Of a stretch of 32,163 bases of DNA, positions 19,612 to 25,869 are shown one piece after another. The translations under genes were made by a program, and so were the position numbers. The stretch covers positions 1-32,163 of the forward strand of contig JAYEGX010000074.1 of assembly GCA_034659295.1 (NCBI GenBank). Reading direction: 5' to 3'. Below the pieces are notes generated by a model. That model was not told the DNA's origin. It saw only the letters and a program-made list of their open reading frames with translations, and did not search any database. This DNA is from Candidatus Altiarchaeota archaeon (GTDB lineage Archaea > Altiarchaeota > Altiarchaeia > IMC4 > QMZM01). Every line of letters begins with the position of its first letter. The first letter of the stretch is position 1.

Positions 19612-20811
19612 TTACAGTTTCTTGATTTCCTTAACCAGTAGGGGTAGTAGAACCGCCGGGTCGGTTACGAGCCCCAGGGCCTGGGTGGTGCCTCTATCCT
19701 GGAGGCGGGTTACTACATAGGGGTTTATGTCTATGGCCACGGTCTTGACCTTTGAGGGGAGCATGTTTCCCACGGCTATGCCGTGCAGCATTGTTGCGTA
19801 GATGATGCACATGTCTATGTCTGCTATGTATTCCCGCATAATGTCTTGTGCCTCCATCACGTTGGTTACGGTATCCGGCAGTGGGCCGTCATCTCTAAGA
19901 GATCCTCCTATCACGTAGGGTATGTTTTTTTTAACGCACTCATAGATTACGCCACCAGTTAATACGCCATCTTCTACCGCCTTCTTTATTCCACCAGCCT
20001 TCCACATCTCGTTGATTGCCATCAGATGGCTTTTGTATCCTTTCCTCAGCACCCTGCCGGTGTTTTTGTCCATCCCCAGTGTTGTGCCATAAAGCTGTTT
20101 CTCGATGTCCATAGTGGCGAACCCGTTGCCTGTGAAAATCGCCTGCACATAGCCCATCCTTATGAGCTCGGCTAAGGCCTCGTCTGCACCGGTATGCGCT
20201 ATTGCAGTACCCACGACGTGGGCTATTTTTTTACCTGAATCCCTTAACTTCTTCATCTCCCGGGCCAGATCCGGTATGTAGGCGTTAATGGGCTTCTCGG
20301 GTGAAACCTGCGAGGACATGAAACCGAAGATGTCTTCTGGTTCCCGGGATCTCTGGGGTGCTTCGACCTTGATGCCGTCCAATCCCACCACAACATTTTC
20401 TCCCTTGGTTACCAGACCCTGCCTCCTGCAAAAAGCCCGACCCCCTTGCACTACTATGACAGCGTCCATCTCCAGATCCTCTACCTGAACCCAGTTTCCG
20501 TTCATGTAAACGTGTGTTGGATGATTTGTTGTGCCATAGAAGTCATCAGGCAATACGGAATCCCCTAGAGCCTTCAGGGTCTTGACTTCTTTTTTTGGTA
20601 GCAGTGCCCCTAGAATCTCCAGCTCATTGAATAATTCCCTGCTGCCTTCAACCTTCATCACACAGTGGCTTTCATCTGTTTTTGTTTTTCCCACGTCAAG
20701 CTGGAGTATCTCGAAGTTTCCTTCCATTTCCATTACGGTATCAAGGACCTTGGGCAGGGTTAGTGAATCGATGATATGCCCCCTCAACTCTATGGTTTCC
20801 GTGTATTTCAT
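19612..20811 (-). CDS. TIGR00300-family protein (LOR/SDH-like; archaeal ornithine cyclodeaminase-type)
   Basis: IELRGHIIDSLTL, PDDFYGTTNHPT, FGFMSSQVSPEKP, GSLRDDGPLPD, MLHGIAVGNMLP, KLQDRG-like end. Confidence 0.88.
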   Translation of the reverse strand: MKYTETIELRGHIIDSLTLPKVLDTVMEMEGNFEILQLDVGKTKTDESHCVMKVEGSRELFNELEILGALLPKKEVKTLKALGDSVLPDDFYGTTNHPTHVYMNGNWVQVEDLEMDAVIVVQGGRAFCRRQGLVTKGENVVVGLDGIKVEAPQRSREPEDIFGFMSSQVSPEKPINAYIPDLAREMKKLRDSGKKIAHVVGTAIAHTGADEALAELIRMGYVQAIFTGNGFATMDIEKQLYGTTLGMDKNTGRVLRKGYKSHLMAINEMWKAGGIKKAVEDGVLTGGVIYECVKKNIPYVIGGSLRDDGPLPDTVTNVMEAQDIMREYIADIDMCIIYATMLHGIAVGNMLPSKVKTVAIDINPYVVTRLQDRGTTQALGLVTDPAVLLPLLVKEIKKL

Positions 20812-20829
20812 TTTTTATCTCCTTCGTTT

Positions 20830-21147
20830 TTAGACATATACCATACCCTCCTTGATATCTTCAGCAACTTCTTTGATTCTTATGCCCTTCACACCTTCAG
20901 GGGTTAGGAGGTCTATTTTTTTATCTAAGAGTTTCTCGATGTAGTCTGCAAAATCTATGAATTTAAGGCCTATCGGTTTTTCAAACTCTATCAGGAGGTC
21001 TATGTCACTGTCTTCCCTCTCGGTTCCTCTTGCAAGAGATCCGAATATGGCTATCTTTTTCACCCCATAGGTGGAGCTTGGATAGGGGAGTTCGTTTCTT
21101 AATACCTCAATCGCTTCATCTTTGCTCATTTTAATTTCGTCTCCCAT
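20830..21147 (-). CDS. Minimal nucleotidyltransferase (MNT), no adjacent HEPN partner
   Basis: YGVKKIAIFGSLARG...SDIDLLIEF (GSx10DxD), LLDKKIDL. Confidence 0.9.
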   Translation of the reverse strand: MGDEIKMSKDEAIEVLRNELPYPSSTYGVKKIAIFGSLARGTEREDSDIDLLIEFEKPIGLKFIDFADYIEKLLDKKIDLLTPEGVKGIRIKEVAEDIKEGMVYV

Positions 21148-21161
21148 ATGAATTTAGTAGT

Positions 21162-22478
21162 CTATTTTAATATTTCAGCTATCACCAGTGCTTTTTTTAC
21201 AACCTCAACCGCATCATATCCCAGTATTCTTATCATGGCTTCTTTTCCTATGCCGCCTGAGTCATATATTACGTCAGGGAACTCTCCCACAGCCTCTATC
21301 GCCTTGTGAGTGCCCCACTCCATGGTTCCCGTGGAGGGAGGCTCTTGTATTCTATCGAATGAGGCGGTTACGTAATGCTCCCGGCAGGCGTCTATTATTT
21401 CGGTGCTGTGTTTGATGTTCAATGCAGCTCTCTTTTCTTTATCGTATTCCATCGCCTTCAGCACCACCCGGGCCATGTGCAACGAGCCCCTGAATTTCAC
21501 CAACCCAGCCGGGACTACTTGTCTTTCTGCCTTAACCAGTCTCCCGCTTAAACCAGCTGTCTCACCCAGCTTCCTGGCTCCGGGTAATGCCATCGCGATA
21601 TTGCAGCCGACCTCCGGGATAAGCCTGTAAGCTTGTGGGTTTGCTGTGAAGTTGTTGATTGCTTGCTCGATATTATCCAGAACCCTGTTTTTCCGTTCAT
21701 CCTCCAGTGTCTCGCTTAGTTTAATGTTCCCCGTGTCCAGTACGTACGAACCCTGTCCAACCTTCAGGTATTTTTCTATTGCGGAATCCATGTATTTCTT
21801 GGCTTCAGCCACGGCCTCCGGAACGCTTTTTTCCCTAGCAAGGGAGGCTGCTATTGCGGCAGAAAAAGCACACCCCGCCCCGTGCAGCTTTATATCTTTT
21901 CTGCCGATCCTGCTTTTGTAGAGGATTATTTCTCCATTATAGCTTAACACGTCCACCGCATCCAGGTGCCCGCCTTTAACTACTGTGTTGCCCAGTTCAT
22001 CTGCTGCCTTCTGCATATCATTTATTGTTTTTATTTTTATGCCGGAGAGTGTTTCTGCCTCATAGATGTTGGGTGTGCTGATTCTTGCAATAGATATCAG
22101 CTTCCTCATCTCGTTTATTGCTTTCTCATCTAGGAGCACATCTCCTGAGGTGGCTACCATGACGGGATCCACCACCAAATTTTTTATGTTGTATTCCCTT
22201 ATTTTTTTCTTGACCAGGTTTATTACTTCCGCGTTAGCTAGCATCCCTGTCTTAGCTGCTTTAACGTGCAGGTCTTGCATTACTGCATCTATTTGTTTCT
22301 CTATCAGGTCCAGTGGCAGAATCAGGTAGTCGCTGACTTTTCGGGTGTTTTGGGCTGTTACTGCGGTGATTGCTGTTGCGCCGTGCACCCTGAAGGAGTT
22401 GAAGGTTTTAAGGTCTTGCTGGATTCCCGCCCCACCTGAGGGGTCGGAGCCTGCGATGGTCAGGGCTGTTAATTCCAT
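21162..22478 (-). CDS. thiDN: Bifunctional HMP/HMP-P kinase - thiamine-phosphate synthase (ThiD-ThiN)
   Basis: ALTIAGSDPSGGAGIQQDLKT, VVDPVMVATSG, HGAGCAFSAA; ThiN part LIPEVGCNIA, HMARVVL, IYDSGGIGKEAMI. Confidence 0.93.
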   Translation of the reverse strand: MELTALTIAGSDPSGGAGIQQDLKTFNSFRVHGATAITAVTAQNTRKVSDYLILPLDLIEKQIDAVMQDLHVKAAKTGMLANAEVINLVKKKIREYNIKNLVVDPVMVATSGDVLLDEKAINEMRKLISIARISTPNIYEAETLSGIKIKTINDMQKAADELGNTVVKGGHLDAVDVLSYNGEIILYKSRIGRKDIKLHGAGCAFSAAIAASLAREKSVPEAVAEAKKYMDSAIEKYLKVGQGSYVLDTGNIKLSETLEDERKNRVLDNIEQAINNFTANPQAYRLIPEVGCNIAMALPGARKLGETAGLSGRLVKAERQVVPAGLVKFRGSLHMARVVLKAMEYDKEKRAALNIKHSTEIIDACREHYVTASFDRIQEPPSTGTMEWGTHKAIEAVGEFPDVIYDSGGIGKEAMIRILGYDAVEVVKKALVIAEILK

Positions 22479-22541
22479 AATTGTATATGGAATCGGGTGT
22501 TGAAAAGAAGGTTTTTTTATCCTCTTGGGCTTTGAAGCCCT

Positions 22542-22561
22542 TGGAACCTGATATTTTCTCC
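22542..22561 (+). repeat. Imperfect 20-bp direct repeat, copy 1
   Basis: TGGAACCTGATATTTTCTCC; 17/20 identical to 23604-23623. Confidence 0.5.
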
Positions 22562-22615
22562 GGGTCTTCCCATTCCCTTAGCTGGGTTTCGCCTTTTTTC
22601 TCTCCAGCCTGTTCC

Positions 22616-23027
22616 TCACTCCAGATGCTTTGATACGTATTTTGCGAATTCTTCGAAGTCGTCTAGTCGGGTTTGGAGGTTGTTGTATAGTTCATCTACG
22701 TCGATTTTTGAGTAGGCGTGGACCAGGATGTTCCTGAATCCTGCTGCTGGGGCGAATTTTTCTGCGAATTCTTCGGGTATTATGTTGTTTTCGCCTAGGA
22801 TTTGTATCACCTCCCTGTAGCTTTCGGGTTTTCCAAGACCTTCTTTGGAGATGATTATTTCGCCGACGTCGAGGATGCATTCCAGGGAGACCTGCATGTA
22901 TCTCTCTGTCGCTGCTTTGAGTGTTTTATTGTCTCGTATGTCTTCTATGGGGGTGTTACTGGTATTCCCTGAGTATTTTCATGTATTCGCTGAGCTGCTC
23001 TAGTTTTGATATTATTTCTTTTTTCAT
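22616..23027 (-). pseudogene. hepT: HEPN/DUF86 toxin (HepT-like) interrupted by an in-frame TAA
   Basis: ATG at 23027 overlaps the antitoxin stop (ATGA). Translation MKKEIISKLEQLSEYMKILREYQ*HPIEDIRDNKTLKAATERYMQVSLE..., with TAA at 22958-22956. The downstream frame keeps GFRNILVHAY (RX4HXY). Confidence 0.85.
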
Positions 23028-23461
23028 GTTAGTCCTCTCTGGATTATCCGGTTTATTGCTTTTCTTGTGTGTTTTTCGTTGTAGTATTTTCTGTCCAGGT
23101 ATTGTGATAGGGTTTTGGCTTCGAACATCACTCTTTTTGTTTCGTGGGTTGAGGTTATTAGTCTCCCGGATTTCAGTGCATTGTATCGTAGGGTGGTTGG
23201 GGCGTTGTTCATTATGATGACGTCTATGTTGTCTGTTCCCATGATCTGGGTTAGGTTGTTTATTAGTTTGAGTTTTATTTCTGTTTTTTTTTCTTTGGTT
23301 AGTGATTCGTCGAGGTAGAAGGCAAAGTCTATGTCGCTGAGTTTTGTTTCTCTTCCTTCGGCTATTGAACCGAATATGTAGGCTGATATAACGCCTTCTG
23401 TGTTGTTGATGCTTTTTTTCAGTTGTTTTTCTCTGGACTGTAGTTTTTCGCTGAGGTTCAT
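23024..23461 (-). CDS. mntA: MntA-type nucleotidyltransferase antitoxin
   Basis: AYIFGSIAEG..SDIDFA, IDVIIMNNAP..LRYNAL; directly upstream of the HEPN gene. Confidence 0.9.
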   Translation of the reverse strand: MNLSEKLQSREKQLKKSINNTEGVISAYIFGSIAEGRETKLSDIDFAFYLDESLTKEKKTEIKLKLINNLTQIMGTDNIDVIIMNNAPTTLRYNALKSGRLITSTHETKRVMFEAKTLSQYLDRKYYNEKHTRKAINRIIQRGLT

Positions 23462-23603
23462 GATGTAATAGATTAGTACTTAGGGATTAAAGAACTTTGT
23501 TTTATTCATCCCCTGCACCTAACCAGAAAGGGAGGTAAGCGCTCATGGTTTCCTCCCTTAAACCCTGTGACCTGGCTATTCCAGCAGCCACCTCCACAGG
23601 GGC

Positions 23604-23623
23604 TGGAATCTGATATCCTCTCC
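23604..23623 (+). repeat. Imperfect 20-bp direct repeat, copy 2
   Basis: TGGAATCTGATATCCTCTCC; the two copies bracket the mntA-hepT module. Confidence 0.5.
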
Positions 23624-23674
23624 CATTATTGTAAAAAGGGCAGGTAGAGGCAGGTCAGTTCATTATGTATTGTT

Positions 23675-23740
23675 GTGAGCGATTAGTGAGCGATTAGTGA
23701 GCGATTAGTGAGCGATTAGTGAGCGATTAGTGAGCGATTA
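23675..23740. repeat. Perfect tandem repeat (GTGAGCGATTA) x6
   Basis: Six exact 11-bp copies read directly from the sequence; stop codons arise in all frames. Confidence 0.97.
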
Positions 23741-23798
23741 ATGGGTACATAAATCCAGGAAATAGGGATATAACATCTGATCTCACTTCAAAAAACAT

Positions 23799-23960
23799 AT
23801 GATATCTGAAATCAACTCCAAGCGTTTTAACGAGATTATGGAATGGTGCAGGGACTGGGATCTCCCGGAACCGGATTCCGAATTCACCGGGACAAGCCTG
23901 ATTGTCACTCTCTGGAAATCCAAACTCATAGGACAGCTTGGGGTTAAATGAACGAGAAAG
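23799..23960 (+). pseudogene. Relic resembling the C-terminal part of an AlbA_2/HATPase_c_4 (RecG-C-like) ATP-binding protein
   Basis: RFNEIMEWCRDWDLPEPDSEFTGTSLIVTLWKSKL, then GLNERE in a shifted frame. Resembles the recalled 'LPEP.FE.....VTL....LGLNERQ' segment of that family. Confidence 0.5.
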
Positions 23961-24104
23961 TTTAAAATCCGTACTATTATGTTATAACACTTTTATAAAA
24001 AGCTTTCTATTAGTATTCTTCAACCTCAGCCAGCAGCTGATTGCAACAGCCTCAAGTCGTGGTCTTGCATTTGCGTCATGTTTTGATGTTGTGTTGTCGG
24101 ATGG

Positions 24105-24493
24105 TTAAATTTTCTGGGCTCGAGACTTCAGGATCTCTTCAAGAACCTCTCCTGGATTTATTTTTTTGTGGGGTTGTACGTTCTCTTCTTCTTGGATGTG
24201 GGTGTGGTGTGGGTATGTATCCAGTTCTGGGGTGGTGGTTTGCGTTATCCCATTCTCTGGATCAGGTTACCTGATGAATTCTGCCAGTGGTATCTGTATT
24301 TTTCCACAACCACGGTGTTCTTTCTAAGCAGTATATACTCAAATAGGTGTAGTTCGGAGCCATCATCTAGTTTTATGATAGCGTTTATGTGGCCTTTATC
24401 CTCGCTTCCAAGAAAGGTTTTAGCCTCGGTTGATGTTGTAAGCAGGGATTCTGAGATGAGCGATACAGTCTGTTGGAGGTATTTTTCAATCAC
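24105..24493 (-). pseudogene. DUF6516/TumE-like toxin broken by two +1 frameshifts
   Basis: The ORF ends ..YRYHWQNSSGNLIQR-MG*. Removing one A (~24253) gives WDNANHH; removing one C (~24231) gives PELDTYPHHTHIQEEENVQPHKKINPGEVLEEILKSRAQKI* ending at 24105. This restores the family's WDNA.HH...PHH.H motif. Confidence 0.8.
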
Positions 24494-24791
24494 TTACAGC
24501 ACCTTGGAGTATCTTATACCTCTGCTCCCGGTCTTTGTGGTATTGTATGTAAGCGAACCATTCGAAGTAGTCTTGTTTGTCACCTAATTTTCCTTTCTCG
24601 AACTCGGAGTAAAATTTTTTAGAGGATTTATCATACTTGGATTCGAATTCCTTCAGTTTTTTCTTGTATCCCTTGGTCATCATCTTGCTCACCCGTAATT
24701 CTCGTTTAATGGCGTCTTTCACTGTTTTAGCCACCATGTTCGGGGGATATTTGGTTTTGAATTTGAGGTTCACAAACTCCATTGCTTCCAC
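24486..24791 (-). CDS. Putative antitoxin (TumA-like) upstream of the DUF6516 gene
   Basis: LKEFESKYDKSSKKFYSEFEKGKLGDKQDYFEW pattern; 8-bp overlap with the toxin GTG start. Confidence 0.7.
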   Translation of the reverse strand: MEAMEFVNLKFKTKYPPNMVAKTVKDAIKRELRVSKMMTKGYKKKLKEFESKYDKSSKKFYSEFEKGKLGDKQDYFEWFAYIQYHKDREQRYKILQGAVSD

Positions 24792-24858
24792 CGGTTGTTG
24801 ATTAGATCACTGGATTAAAAAATCAATGCAACAACCTCACCGAACAAGATATAAGCTC

Positions 24859-25860
24859 TCACATCAGCTTCTTCTCGACGTAGTCCACCAGCTCTTCCTC
24901 GAATCCCTGTGACCTGACCACCGTCTTGAGTTTCTCAGGGTCCTCACCATCCCTAAGCTGTTTCTCTATCCACGTAATCAGCTTCATTCTCTTCCTTTGT
25001 TTCTCTTCAGCCTGTTTATTATCTTCACGTTTTTTGTAGACGAAAAACGCAGTCGCCAGTACAACAGCTGTCGTAAGCAGGTAAAGAAGCAGGTTTCCGT
25101 CAGAGACCGCACCTCCTCCAACCGTGGTCGCTGGGGAAGTTGATGTTGAAGCGACTGTGTCTGGTGTTGTTGTGGATGGGATGAGAGTTGATGTAGTAAT
25201 TGTAGTTGTTTCAGCAATGCAGTCCGGGTCGTCGGTGACTGGGCAGTTGGGGTCGCAGACACCGTCTTCTTTTTTGTCGCAGTAGGCATCAGATGAACCG
25301 CTTTCGCAGTCCATGGGGCATGTTTTATGGTTCTCTTTTGGGTCACATATGCTATTTCCGCATGAAGTCTTTATTTCACCGCCCACACAATCCGGGTCGT
25401 TTTGGTTCAGGCAATAGGGTTCGCATAAACCGTCAGACACACATATTTTTTCAGGTATGTTTATTTCCTGAATTATTTGGTTGTTGTGGTAGAATCTTAT
25501 CCACTCCATGCTCGGATATGATGGTGTTGTCAGCATCCACCTGCTTTCGTTGAGCACTATTTTTTCTACGCCAACGTATGTTATGAACCCAACGGTGAGG
25601 TTTCCGGCATACAATACTTTTTCTTTGGAACATATCTCCACCCGGTATCTGCCTTCTTGGCTGGAGTATAGGTTGGTTTTTCCGTAGCCGGTGGATAATC
25701 CACCTACCTGAACTGAGCCGTTGCGGTAGAATGTTGTGTCAAAGGATAGGGTTCGGTAGTCTGCCGAAGCAGGTAGAGAAAGTATCGCTAGAGCTAGTAG
25801 AAAGACTCTGGCTGAGGTTTTCATGTTTTTACCTGATTTATTGTTTTTTTCTTCCAGCAT
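24859..25860 (-). CDS. Membrane-anchored Cys-rich surface protein
   Basis: Signal peptide (probable start 25824, MKTSARVFLLALAILSLPASA), beta-rich domain, CGNSICDPKENHKTCPMDC and DGVCDPNC..DPDC modules, Thr/Ser linker, one TM followed by YKKR and a cytoplasmic tail. Confidence 0.85.
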   Translation of the reverse strand: MLEEKNNKSGKNMKTSARVFLLALAILSLPASADYRTLSFDTTFYRNGSVQVGGLSTGYGKTNLYSSQEGRYRVEICSKEKVLYAGNLTVGFITYVGVEKIVLNESRWMLTTPSYPSMEWIRFYHNNQIIQEINIPEKICVSDGLCEPYCLNQNDPDCVGGEIKTSCGNSICDPKENHKTCPMDCESGSSDAYCDKKEDGVCDPNCPVTDDPDCIAETTTITTSTLIPSTTTPDTVASTSTSPATTVGGGAVSDGNLLLYLLTTAVVLATAFFVYKKREDNKQAEEKQRKRMKLITWIEKQLRDGEDPEKLKTVVRSQGFEEELVDYVEKKLM

Positions 25861-25869
25861 TTTTCTTCC

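Noticed and set aside
22527-22540. GGGCTTTGAAGCCC hairpin as a terminator
   Set aside because: Short stem with no directly adjacent U-tract on the coding strand; insufficient support.
22956-22958. Stop-codon recoding (alternative code, Sec or Pyl) in the HEPN gene
   Set aside because: The codon is TAA, which ends ordinary genes here (e.g. atpA at 7107-7109). Sec and Pyl use TGA and TAG.
23675-23740. Possible CRISPR array
   Set aside because: Units are 11 bp and contiguous with no spacers, and no cas genes are present.
24225-24260. Programmed ribosomal frameshifting to make the full TumE-like toxin
   Set aside because: It would need two successive shifts within about 20 nt, and no recognisable slippery heptamer is present. 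Decay or sequencing error is simpler.
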